Part shown: positions 38,376 to 47,729 of the stretch, piece after piece | Layout of the letters: the number at the start of each line of letters is the position of its first letter | How positions within the stretch are numbered: the first letter of the stretch is position 1 | Assembly (NCBI GenBank): GCA_030595125.1 | Contig: JAUVDV010000022.1 | Location: 3,064-67,063, forward strand | DNA: 64,000 nt | Direction: 5' to 3' | DNA from: Deltaproteobacteria bacterium | Lineage (GTDB): Bacteria > Myxococcota_A > Polyangia > JAAYKL01 | Notes under the pieces: generated by a model | Seen by the model: only the letters and a program-made list of their open reading frames with translations | Database searches by the model: none | What the model was told of the DNA's origin: nothing | Translations under genes and position numbers: made by a program

Positions 38376-39014
38376 ATGTTACCAGGAATGTACGAATTTC
38401 ATTTTGAACTCGGTCATATCATATTCCTCGGAGGATTCATGACCATCGGCGCCGTGATCGGCGCTACGCTTCTCATCACGTTATTTCGCTCAACCAGGAT
38501 TGTCACCGTGCCCGGCGGGGCGAAAGAAAACGCGGAGGGCGACCTGCATCACGTGGGCCACACGCTCCTGCGGCCCCTGGCGGGCGGAACCTTGAAAATC
38601 TCGCTCGACGACCTGGGAACACGGCTGCTCGGCAGGCCGGACAGGATGCGACTTCCCGAGATCGGACAACGGATTACGGAGGGGACGGACGCCGTGAAAC
38701 TGTGGCGCGAGCAATCTGCAGCTACAATCGTTGCTCCGGTGTCCGGGACCGTCGTTGCGACAGGGGGCCACGACGACAAGTGGTACCTGCGCGTTCTCCC
38801 GGACGCGACGCCGGTCGAAGGCGGAAGCCTGATGGGCGCCGCCAAAGTCAGATCGTGGCTCACGTCGGAAATCGACAAGCTCCAGGCTATCCTTTCTTCG
38901 AAGGATCTCGGCCTCGCCATGGCGGACGGTGGAGAGCCGCTCCCGGATTTGCCCTCGGCCGTTCCGGACGCCGACTGGCAGAAGATCTACTCGGAGATGT
39001 TTCAGAACAGCTAG
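38376..39014 (+). CDS. Membrane-anchored protein with H-protein-like (hybrid-barrel) domain lacking lipoyl-Lys; possible fifth subunit of the complex
   Basis: TM IIFLGGFMTIGAVIGATLLITLF. Segment AATIVAPVSGTVVATGGHDDKWYLRVLP resembles the GcvH C-terminal region (SDIYAPVSGEVVEVN ... DPYGxGWL). The Lys position reads Q. Confidence 0.5.
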   Translation: MLPGMYEFHFELGHIIFLGGFMTIGAVIGATLLITLFRSTRIVTVPGGAKENAEGDLHHVGHTLLRPLAGGTLKISLDDLGTRLLGRPDRMRLPEIGQRITEGTDAVKLWREQSAATIVAPVSGTVVATGGHDDKWYLRVLPDATPVEGGSLMGAAKVRSWLTSEIDKLQAILSSKDLGLAMADGGEPLPDLPSAVPDADWQKIYSEMFQNS

Positions 39015-39078
39015 CTCTCTCGCTGCTCAATCACACAAAATTTGTTGCATCCCGCTTTGACCCCTACTGCTCGTGTCA

Positions 39079-40251
39079 TCAAGTATTCGAGAGATAGTAT
39101 TTCCAGGGCAGGTACTCAACACCTCTGATGGTCAGCCGATCACGGCCCGTGTAGATGATCTTGGGATTCGAAGCGGCATCCCCCGCCCAGTCAACAAACT
39201 TGTTCAAGTGCCTGGCATATTTCACCTGGGGTGTCATGCCGCTTTTTATTTCCACGGGCTCGATCTTGTCCCCGAGATCCAGCAGAACGTCTACCTCCAC
39301 GCCCTCCTGCTCTCTCCAGAAGAATAGGTTATCGATATCGCCGCGATTGAGACGCTGTTTTGACAGTTCACTTATGACCCAGTTTTCGAACAGAGCGCCC
39401 CGTGAAGCAAAGTTCGAAAGACTGGCCTCATCTCCCATTTTCAGAAGATGACAGAGCAGTCCGGTGTCCCAGAAATACAACTTGGGTGACTTCGTTATGC
39501 GTTTACGAAAATTCTTGAAGTACGGTCGCAAGATACGAACAATGTAGCTGGCTTCCAAAACGCCGAGCCAAATTTTGGCGGTTTTACTATCGATCTTGCA
39601 ATCACTCGCCAACTTGCTCAGGTTCACCTGGGATCCGCAACAGGTCGCGCATACCGACAAGAAATCCTGAAACGCTCCAAGATTTCGGACATTCACAATC
39701 GATCGAACGTCGCGCTCCAGGTACGTGCGAACGTAGGACTTGTACCAGGTAGATGGATTGAGCCCACGGTCGTGGACCGGCGGATATGCTCCTTTGAGGA
39801 GCTGCTCTTCCAACGTTTCGGCGACGTATCCACCCCTCTCGAGTTCGGTGTGACTGAATGGTAACAGCTCGGCTATTCCGGCGCGTCCCGCAAGGCTCTG
39901 AGAGATGATATCGCTCAGCGCAAAATTCTGCGATCCCGTAAGGACGTATAGCCCCATCCGCCCGTCCTCATCTACAATTCCCTGCAAATAAGACATCAGG
40001 TCGGGTGTGTTTTGAACCTCATCGAAAACAGCGCCGTCCGGGAATCTCGCCAAGAAACCCAACGGGTCTTCTTGAAAGAACTCGCGTTCAATGGGATTCT
40101 CCAAACTCACATAAGGTTTGCCCGAAAAAAACCTTTTTGCCAGAGTGGTTTTTCCCGACTGCCGCGGACCGGTAATCACAACCACTGGAAATCCCTCGGC
40201 CAGTTCCGAAAGAACGCCGGAAATGTCTCGTTCGACAAAATGCGCCATCAT
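39079..40251 (-). CDS. COG1373-type AAA+ ATPase (AAA_14 + DUF4143)
   Basis: Walker A GPRQSGKTT. Walker B-like VFDEVQ. DUF4143-like C-terminus. Start set at internal Met pair with GGAAGGA RBS (track ORF to 40302 uses TTG). Low-GC region. Confidence 0.75.
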   Translation of the reverse strand: MMAHFVERDISGVLSELAEGFPVVVITGPRQSGKTTLAKRFFSGKPYVSLENPIEREFFQEDPLGFLARFPDGAVFDEVQNTPDLMSYLQGIVDEDGRMGLYVLTGSQNFALSDIISQSLAGRAGIAELLPFSHTELERGGYVAETLEEQLLKGAYPPVHDRGLNPSTWYKSYVRTYLERDVRSIVNVRNLGAFQDFLSVCATCCGSQVNLSKLASDCKIDSKTAKIWLGVLEASYIVRILRPYFKNFRKRITKSPKLYFWDTGLLCHLLKMGDEASLSNFASRGALFENWVISELSKQRLNRGDIDNLFFWREQEGVEVDVLLDLGDKIEPVEIKSGMTPQVKYARHLNKFVDWAGDAASNPKIIYTGRDRLTIRGVEYLPWKYYLSNT

Positions 40252-40559
40252 CGTTCCTTCCTGAGATAGTACAATTGTAGTCCCTGAAATTCGGAATTGC
40301 AAGTCCTGTAATGCGGCATTTCAAGCCCTGAAATCATGGAGCGCATGGGCTTTTAGGCTCAGGCAACTGATATGGAACGACCTGTCAATTTGCTTGTTAC
40401 TTGCCCCTTTTATTTTCCTCCTGGTAGTAATCGGCATCGAGATCCCGACACGGTGGACGAGGACGGCTGCTTCGACGACGAATCACTCTGATATTCGTGG
40501 ATTACGTCGGTTACCCAACGCAGAGCGCACATGACTGTTTTCCGTCGGGAGCTGCCGCT

Positions 40560-41960
40560 GTCTAAAGTCGTGGGTTCAGCAACCGAAGCTGCCTTCCACA
40601 TGCTGCCAACGCGGATTCCTCCGGATCGTGCCGAAGTCGTCCACCGTGTTGGAATCTCGAATCTAACCATCGTTCAATCTCTTCTCTACTTCTTTCAGTT
40701 CGCCATCACACCAAGCTGCGGATGGAGCAGTGCCCAGATGAAACCGGCGAGCTCGCGAGCACACGCGGTCACAGCCACGTTACGGTGCTTTCCACGGTTC
40801 ATCAGACGCCAAAACACGCGATGCTGACGACGCATGGCCCTATCTGCCAACGCGATGATTTCGGGCGCTTGGTTGGTTCGCCGTGTTTTTAGCGCATGGC
40901 TAATCCTGAACGGGTTGCCGCTGTGATGGGCCGATTCGACCAGCACCCGCCGCACATGACCATTGCCCGTCTTTGTAATGCTACCCCGACGCTCTTTTCC
41001 GCTGGTGTGTTCGCTCGGCGTCAAACCCAGGTAGCCCATCAGTTTCCTTGCCGAGTCGAAGCGCTCGAAGTCGAACAACTCGGCGACAATCGTGATTGCC
41101 GTAACGGTATCAATACCCCGGAAGCATCGCAGCCAACCTACTGGGTCGCGGTATGGTTCGTGCGTTGAAATTTCCTCCAGGGCTCGGGTCAGCTGCTCCT
41201 TGCGTTGCGTCTGGTGCTCAACTTGATCGTAGAGGTCCCGGAAAACGAGCGTGTCGGCCGGGTTCTCGAACGTCAGACTATTCAGCCACTGCATATGCGC
41301 GTGCGACCAGTTTTTACCGCCGTGGCTGAGTTGGCGGCGAATCAGGAATTTGCCGAGTCGGTGACGCGCCCGGCCGAGATCCGAGGTTGATGTTTCGCGC
41401 TGCCGGACTAGATCCCGGACAGCTTCCTGGTTTTCTGTAGGGGGTGTTGCTTCAGTCAAGAGTCCGGCTCGAAGGAACTCCGCCAGCTTCTTCGCATCGC
41501 GACGATCCGTCTTCACCCGATCACCGGGCTTGATTGGAATCAGAGACGGTGCGACCACCTCGCAAACCATGGGCACAGTCTCCTCCAGCAGCCGTTTTGG
41601 TGCCCAGCCACACGGTCCGGCCTCGTAGCACACTCTGATCTCGGCCCCATCCGCAAGCTTCGTAAGCGTGCGAGCCAGCTTCTTGACCTTCGCCTTCGTG
41701 TGCTCCATTCGCCATTCAAGCAGTGGTCCCTTGCTGGAATCGAGTACCGCGACATTGAAAAAAGACTTGTGGACGTCCAATCCCACCCAAGTGATAGACT
41801 TGCTCATGATCGGCTCCTTCGTATGCGGCTCTGCCGTCTTGGCGGTAACCCGCGATAATAGGTGTTATTTATCAACACCGGCTTTACCCCAAATGGGGAT
41901 ATACAAGCTTTACGAACGGAGTCGGTCACTTTCATTTGTGGCTAGTCAAACCGTGGATGC
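40560..41960 (-). mobile_element. IS110-family insertion sequence (approximate boundaries)
   Basis: Transposase plus flanking low-GC sequence. Small hairpins (GGTGTT-N7-AACACC, CCCCAAATGGGG) at about 41863..41900 could be end structures. IS110 elements lack terminal IRs, so ends cannot be fixed by eye. Confidence 0.3.
40695..41807 (-). CDS. IS110-family (DEDD) transposase
   Basis: N-terminal VGLDVHK motif, central D-x-D region and C-terminal segment typical of IS110/IS1111 transposases. 370 aa. Confidence 0.9.
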   Translation of the reverse strand: MSKSITWVGLDVHKSFFNVAVLDSSKGPLLEWRMEHTKAKVKKLARTLTKLADGAEIRVCYEAGPCGWAPKRLLEETVPMVCEVVAPSLIPIKPGDRVKTDRRDAKKLAEFLRAGLLTEATPPTENQEAVRDLVRQRETSTSDLGRARHRLGKFLIRRQLSHGGKNWSHAHMQWLNSLTFENPADTLVFRDLYDQVEHQTQRKEQLTRALEEISTHEPYRDPVGWLRCFRGIDTVTAITIVAELFDFERFDSARKLMGYLGLTPSEHTSGKERRGSITKTGNGHVRRVLVESAHHSGNPFRISHALKTRRTNQAPEIIALADRAMRRQHRVFWRLMNRGKHRNVAVTACARELAGFIWALLHPQLGVMAN

Positions 41961-42396
41961 AGGGAGTAAGATTTTGACTACATCAAAGATCCGACCGTTG
42001 CCACGCCCCGGCTATGCCGTCGGCAAGGCTTGGTCGTTCCATGCTGTCTAAAGAGAGCGTATCCCAATACTGCTTCGCCTCCCGGTGAATCAGTGAACTT
42101 CTTAAGTTCGTCCCCGGAATTGTTCTCATAGCGGATAGGCATAGTTTGGGTATGGCGTCCGCACGGTCATTCCCTACTCTATTCATCCGAGTAACCCCCG
42201 GCGTAGTTACGAATAGCTGGCGTTCTCCCAAGAGTGAGGGGATCAAGTGAGGGGTCAGGCCAAGACAATCGACACTTTCTTCTGCGCAAATGTGCCTCCC
42301 GCAAGAAGTTCTTCTGCATCCTTTAACAACTTGAGCTTGTGACTGATTCGTGCTCGCAACCTTGTCGGTACAGCGAAAAAGTGCTCTTATATTTCC

Positions 42397-45300
42397 ATGA
42401 GCGAGGGTGATTTGATCGGGAATTCATGGCAAAACGACTACGCGGACAAGCTCGTCTCCGCAAACAAGGCGCTCTCCAAGATCCGTGACGGTCAGACGAT
42501 CTTCCTGGGTTCCGGAGCCGGAGAACCTTGCCTGCTCACAGATACCCTGGTCGAAATGGCCAAGAGCTTCCACGACGTGGAGGTCATACACCTGACCGCG
42601 ACTCACCGTGACTTCAAGCTGGCCAGCCCCGCGATGCTCAACCACTTCCGATACAACACCTTCTATCTCGGTCATGGCGCGACAACTTCATCAGCCGAGA
42701 GCCCGGCAGACTACACGCCCATGAACATCAGTGAGCTCCCTTCTGCCATGAAGCGGGGGGTCATTCGCCTTGACGCAGCCCTGATTCAAGTCTCTCCGCC
42801 GGATTCCGTGGGCCAGTGCAGTCTGGGGATCTCCGTGGATGCTACCAGGGCCGCGGTGGAAAGCGCTGATCTGGTCATCGCCCAGGTAAACGAAAACATG
42901 CCCGTGACTTTCGGCGACTCTCTCATCCCGGTGGAAAAGATAGACTACCTGGTGGAGGGCAATGTTCCCCTTATCGAGATTCCCGCTCTCAAGGTCGATC
43001 CTGTTTCATTGACAATCGGGAGGCACATCGCAAGCCTGATATCGGACGGGATGACCCTTCACTTCGACCGTGGTCCCATAAGCGTCGCCTCCATGCGGTA
43101 TCTGGACACCAAAAAGAACCTGGGAATCCACACGGACTTTCTCACGGACGACATCTGGCGACTGATCAGATCGAGAGCCGTCACAAACAGAGAAAAAAAT
43201 ATCAACAAGGGCAAGACCGTAGCGACTATGGTCGTCGGCTCCAGGGAGCTGTATAGCGCGGTTAACAAAAATCCTTATATCGAGATCCTTCCCATCGATC
43301 AGGTTAACGACCCTTCTGTTATCAGCCAGAACGACAACATGGTGTCGATCCACAATATCTCAGAAATATCTCTTACCGGAGCGGCCAAGGTGTTCAGCGA
43401 GGGCGATTTCCAGATCGACGGCCTCGCGGCTGGCAGGGACTTTGTCAACGGCGCCAGGCGCTCCAAAAATGGGTTCACCATCAGAGCCCTGCCGTCCACA
43501 ACACCGGACGGAGTTCATTCGCGCATCGTGACAGTCGGTCGGAAAGGCGGGGTAACCTTCAGCCGAACCAATATCGACTTTGTGGTAACCGAGTACGGTA
43601 TAGCCAATCTGTACGGTCTTTCTTCCAGGGAGAGGGCCGTGGCGCTCATCTCAATAGCGCATCCCAAGTTCAGAGGGCAACTTCTCAAGGAAGCCATCGA
43701 AGCCGGGCACGTGAGCCGTAATCAGATCATGCCACCGGAAAAAGGTTGTGTGTATCCAAGCCAATACGAGTTCACCCACACGTTCAAGGACGGCCTGGAA
43801 GTGTTCTTTCGACCCATGAAACCCAGCGACGCCCGCAGTATCCAACGCATGTTCTACTCCCTCACTCCGGAGATGAGGCGGATGCGATACCACGGCACCA
43901 TCAAGTCCCTGTCCAACGAAACCGCCCAGGGAATAGCAGCGGTCGACTACAGTCAAGATGTCGCCATCGTGGGGTTGGTCGGCGATCAACGGAACACCGA
44001 GATCATCGCCGAGGGGCGTTACATGAACAACCCGATCAACAACATGGGTGAGTTTGATCTGGTGGTTCACGAAAAATACCAGGGAAAAGGTATCGGGACG
44101 TTCCTGGGCAATTATCTCAAGAAGATCGCCTACTCCAGAGGGTTGGGCGGGATATACGCCGAGGTCATCCAGCGCAATGAGGGGACGATCGCCCTCCTGA
44201 ACAAGGCCTGGCCCACGGCGATGAAGCGCTTCGAATACGGAAGCTGCACATTCACGCTTCGATTTCCACAAGAGGACGTCGCCAAGCCCAAGGACAGCAT
44301 CGTGGTCTACTCCGGACGCTTCGGCGACTTCTCGTTCGGCAAAGATCATCCGTTCAAACCAGCACGCGCCACGAGCGCCATGCGGTGCATGGACGATGAA
44401 GGGTACCTCAACGAGCCGTGGATTCGGGTCGAAGAACCGAAGATGGTCACCAAGGAACGGCTCATCGAATCGCACGATCCCGAGTTCATCGAAGCCTTGA
44501 GGGCAGCCAATTCGGGTGAGTGGCGAGAGGAGTTTCTGCAGTTTCACCTCGGTGGCGAGGAGTGTCCCATCTTCCCCGGGCTCTTCGACTTCGTTCTCTT
44601 GTACGCATCGGCCACTATAACCGGCGCGAACCTGATCATCGAGGAGAACGCGAACGTTGTGTTCAATCCCCTGGGCGGATTCCATCACTCGAGCCGGTCC
44701 GGCGCGGAGGGTTTCTGCTATTTCAACGACGCCATCGCGGCCATCGACATGCTGCTCGCCCGTGGTTTCAGGATCGCCTACATCGACATCGACGCGCACC
44801 ACGGAAACGGGGTCCAGGACGCCTACTACAGAGACGACCGAGTCCTGGCGATTTCACTGCACGAGAGCGGCAAGACACTCTATCCCTGGGGTGGCTTCGA
44901 GACTGAAACAGGCGAGGATATCGGCAAGGGATTCACCATCAACATCCCGCTCCCCGAGGGAACCGACGACGACCTGTTCGGTAAAGTATTCGATCGCGTG
45001 GTCACGCCGGCCGTCCAGCAGTTTGCTCCTTCAGTGGTGGTCGCCGTGATCGGGGCCGACACCCACAGGTCCGATCCCCTGTCACACCTGAGCCTCACCA
45101 ACAACGGAATGACAGATGCGATCAAACGCATAAGGGAATACAGCAACCATATGCTGCTTCTGGGCGGCGGCGGATACAACTTGACGGCGACGACCCGCGC
45201 GTGGTGCCGGATGTGGGCCGCGGCCAACCGCATCGACGCCCTGCCCGACTATCTGCTCGTGCTCGGGGGCTCCTTCATGGGGAGCGAAGGCGTGGGCCAG

Positions 45301-45447
45301 GCCGACATCGTGGACATGGCGTATCTGACATCCGGAAAACAGCGAGATGCTGTTCAGGAGGAGCTGGAGAGGATCGCGGTATTTCACGAGAAAAACACCA
45401 TTCCCCTGATCGGAAAACGGCTGAGCCGAATACCCGGAACTGACTGA
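42397..45447 (+). CDS. Tri-domain fusion: acetyl-CoA hydrolase/CoA-transferase (about aa 1-450), GNAT acetyltransferase (about aa 470-640), HDAC/AcuC-like deacetylase (about aa 650-1016)
   Basis: Continuous 1016-aa ORF. N-terminal part matches 4-hydroxybutyrate/acetyl-CoA transferase-family pattern. GNAT motif VVHEKYQGKGIGTFLGNYL. HDAC motifs FNPLGGFHHS, DIDAHHGNG, GGGGYN. Confidence 0.85.
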   Translation: MSEGDLIGNSWQNDYADKLVSANKALSKIRDGQTIFLGSGAGEPCLLTDTLVEMAKSFHDVEVIHLTATHRDFKLASPAMLNHFRYNTFYLGHGATTSSAESPADYTPMNISELPSAMKRGVIRLDAALIQVSPPDSVGQCSLGISVDATRAAVESADLVIAQVNENMPVTFGDSLIPVEKIDYLVEGNVPLIEIPALKVDPVSLTIGRHIASLISDGMTLHFDRGPISVASMRYLDTKKNLGIHTDFLTDDIWRLIRSRAVTNREKNINKGKTVATMVVGSRELYSAVNKNPYIEILPIDQVNDPSVISQNDNMVSIHNISEISLTGAAKVFSEGDFQIDGLAAGRDFVNGARRSKNGFTIRALPSTTPDGVHSRIVTVGRKGGVTFSRTNIDFVVTEYGIANLYGLSSRERAVALISIAHPKFRGQLLKEAIEAGHVSRNQIMPPEKGCVYPSQYEFTHTFKDGLEVFFRPMKPSDARSIQRMFYSLTPEMRRMRYHGTIKSLSNETAQGIAAVDYSQDVAIVGLVGDQRNTEIIAEGRYMNNPINNMGEFDLVVHEKYQGKGIGTFLGNYLKKIAYSRGLGGIYAEVIQRNEGTIALLNKAWPTAMKRFEYGSCTFTLRFPQEDVAKPKDSIVVYSGRFGDFSFGKDHPFKPARATSAMRCMDDEGYLNEPWIRVEEPKMVTKERLIESHDPEFIEALRAANSGEWREEFLQFHLGGEECPIFPGLFDFVLLYASATITGANLIIEENANVVFNPLGGFHHSSRSGAEGFCYFNDAIAAIDMLLARGFRIAYIDIDAHHGNGVQDAYYRDDRVLAISLHESGKTLYPWGGFETETGEDIGKGFTINIPLPEGTDDDLFGKVFDRVVTPAVQQFAPSVVVAVIGADTHRSDPLSHLSLTNNGMTDAIKRIREYSNHMLLLGGGGYNLTATTRAWCRMWAAANRIDALPDYLLVLGGSFMGSEGVGQADIVDMAYLTSGKQRDAVQEELERIAVFHEKNTIPLIGKRLSRIPGTD
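45389..45428 (+). repeat. 40-bp direct repeat, copy A (3' end of the fusion gene)
   Basis: AGAAAAACACCATTCCCCTGATCGGAAAACGGCTGAGCCG, identical to 47688..47727. Confidence 0.8.
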
Positions 45448-45647
45448 TCCGGGTTAGATTTATTAGTTCTCACTCGACCAGCGCTGGAAGAACGATCCTC
45501 TCGGCACCAAGGATGGAGCCGGACTCCACCGGAAGGCAAACTCCCTCGGCGGCAAGCGGCTCCTGGTCAAGAATAATTCGCCCGCCGATTCTTGGTTGAA
45601 CATGGAGAAATAGTGCGCACATTTACCCGATGAAGCAGTCCGGAAAA

Positions 45648-45914
45648 ATGGTTCATTATCTGGTAATTGCGATGTTGGCACTCATTGTGGCGGCGCCAAA
45701 TTCGGGTTGTAGCTTCAACGTCGGCTCCAAGAAAGTAACGGCGAGACCGGGAACCCGTTTGCCGGGAAACGCTTATACAGAGCCTGACGGAGACCTTGTG
45801 CATCACGAAACATCTTCAATAAAAGGAGATAGCCTTCTCCTGATCTTCAGAATCAGGGACCGAAAATCGGACAAGGAGGAGAGTCCTTTCCCGTCACCAC
45901 CGTGGGCGAGGTGA
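45648..45914 (+). CDS. Hypothetical small lipoprotein-like ORF
   Basis: Signal + NSGCS lipobox-like motif, weak GC3 bias. Uncertain. Confidence 0.25.
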   Translation: MVHYLVIAMLALIVAAPNSGCSFNVGSKKVTARPGTRLPGNAYTEPDGDLVHHETSSIKGDSLLLIFRIRDRKSDKEESPFPSPPWAR

Positions 45915-45940
45915 TGAACGTCAGGCCTCTACAGCAACGT

Positions 45941-46291
45941 TCACTTTTTCTCGGAAACCCCGAGAATCCCAACTGACGATCCCGCGCGGCAATAACCGGA
46001 ACATGAGTACCCGGCCTGGGCCTCGCATACGCAAATCTCGCCCTCACCGCACCCGCTGGTGATCCTCTCGCCACCTTCATCGGGACCGTTGGAGTCGGTG
46101 ACAGAACAACGCCTGCGCTCGCCTTCGGGGGGATCTTTCACGATGGGTTTCACGCCCTCGGATTCGGGCTCGGCCGTGGGCTCCGGAGCCGGGGCCTCAT
46201 CCACCGAAGAAGCAGGCGTTTCCTCTACCGCAGCAACCGGGGCGCCGCCACAGGACGCGAGCATGGCAAAAATCAGAATCGCAGATTTCAT
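45941..46291 (-). CDS. Small secreted lipoprotein, Cys-rich C-terminus, hypothetical
   Basis: GGAGG RBS. Lipobox LASCGG. Pro/Glu-rich linker then CxxxC-rich C-terminal segment. Confidence 0.5.
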   Translation of the reverse strand: MKSAILIFAMLASCGGAPVAAVEETPASSVDEAPAPEPTAEPESEGVKPIVKDPPEGERRRCSVTDSNGPDEGGERITSGCGEGEICVCEAQAGYSCSGYCRAGSSVGILGVSEKK

Positions 46292-46310
46292 CGCTACCTC
46301 CAGTGGCCCC

Positions 46311-47558
46311 CTAGCGTCTTTGTTTCTTGGACGCCTTGTATACTCGAATACGTTCTTGTCGCTCCTGCTCGCGTTGCTTCTTCACCTCTACAGCAGGCAC
46401 TCCGTCGACCAGGCCTTTCTCTGCGTCCGGCGAGTGGTACTTGTGGTCTCTGGTCCGCGCAATCTTGAAGCGAAGCATCTTTTCGATGTCCTTCAGTTCC
46501 GTCAGCTCCGTCCCCGAGCAGAACGAGAAGGCCATGCCCTCCGCCCCCGCCCTGGCGGTGCGCCCGATCCGATGCACGTAGGTCTCCGGCACGTTTGGAA
46601 GATCAAAGTTGAAGACGTGAGATATGCTCTCCACGTCGATGCCCCTCGCCGCGATATCCGTGGCCACCAGCACGCGTACGTCGCCGGACCTGAATCCTTC
46701 GAGGGCCCTGGTTCGAGCGTTCTGCGCCTTGTCGCCATGAATTGCGCTCACGTTGACACCCGCACGTTTCAAAAACTGCGCAACGCGACTCGCCCCGTGC
46801 TTGGTGCGCGTGAAAACCAGCGCTCGTGATACTTCGCCGTCGTCGAGCAACCATTGCAACAATTTACGCTTGTCCTTCTGGTCCACAAAATAGACGGACT
46901 GCCGGATACGCTCCACGGGTGTGGCCGAAGGCGTCACCTCCACGCGAACTGGTTTTATCAGCATAGAGGAGGCGAGCTTCGCTACCGCCGGGGGCATTGT
47001 GGCCGAGAAAAAAAGCGATTGTCTCTGTTTTGGCAGGGAGGTGATGACGCGACGCACGTCGTGGATGAAGCCCATGTCCAGCATCCTGTCGGCCTCATCC
47101 AGCACGAACACCTCGAGATGCTCCAGAGTCACGTGGCCCTGACCGATGAGATCGAGGAGACGTCCGGGCGTGGCCACCAGAATATCCGGGCGCTTCTTGA
47201 GCTCCTTTTCCTGCTGCAATTGCTTGACGCCGCCGAAGATGACCGTTGTGAGGATGTCCAGGTGGCGACCGTAGGTGATGAAGCTATCTTTGATCTGGGC
47301 GGCCAGCTCCCGGGTTGGCGTGAGAACCAGAACCCTGATCCGCCCCTTGCGCCCGCCCGTTTCAACGAGATTCTGAAGGATGGGCAGGGCAAAGGCGGCG
47401 GTTTTTCCGGTGCCCGTTTGTGCGCAACCAAGGAGATCCCTGCCTCCAAGAAGATGAGGGATTGCCTGTTCCTGGATGGGTGTCGGTACGTCGTAGCCTT
47501 CCGAGGACACGGCTTTTTGAAGTGCTTCAATGAGATTGAGATCGGAGAATGTTTTCAC
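46311..47558 (-). CDS. rhlE: DEAD-box ATP-dependent RNA helicase (RhlE-like)
   Basis: Q-motif/[16 protein letters not shown] ([13 protein letters not shown]), [11 protein letters not shown] motifs. GTG start 47558 gives N-terminus MKTFSDLNL, which matches the RhlE N-terminus. Track ORF extends to 47663. Confidence 0.85.
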   Translation of the reverse strand: MKTFSDLNLIEALQKAVSSEGYDVPTPIQEQAIPHLLGGRDLLGCAQTGTGKTAAFALPILQNLVETGGRKGRIRVLVLTPTRELAAQIKDSFITYGRHLDILTTVIFGGVKQLQQEKELKKRPDILVATPGRLLDLIGQGHVTLEHLEVFVLDEADRMLDMGFIHDVRRVITSLPKQRQSLFFSATMPPAVAKLASSMLIKPVRVEVTPSATPVERIRQSVYFVDQKDKRKLLQWLLDDGEVSRALVFTRTKHGASRVAQFLKRAGVNVSAIHGDKAQNARTRALEGFRSGDVRVLVATDIAARGIDVESISHVFNFDLPNVPETYVHRIGRTARAGAEGMAFSFCSGTELTELKDIEKMLRFKIARTRDHKYHSPDAEKGLVDGVPAVEVKKQREQERQERIRVYKASKKQRR

Positions 47559-47687
47559 TTTGTGCGTTTCGTCTGGGCAAGGGGAGTAATGTTTAACTGT
47601 CACTTGCGGCTTGCGAAAGGGGAATACCCCGTTTGGGGCGTATTCCCAAGTAATAATAGACAATCCGTGTGCCGCTTTTTTATAAAA

Positions 47688-47727
47688 AGAAAAACACCAT
47701 TCCCCTGATCGGAAAACGGCTGAGCCG
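47688..47727 (+). repeat. 40-bp direct repeat, copy B (intergenic, between helicase start and icd stop)
   Basis: Identical 40-mer to 45389..45428. The two copies bracket 2259 bp. Confidence 0.8.
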
Positions 47728-47729
47728 GG

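Noticed and set aside
43651-44802. 383-aa minus-strand ORF inside the tri-domain fusion gene
   Set aside because: Antisense shadow.
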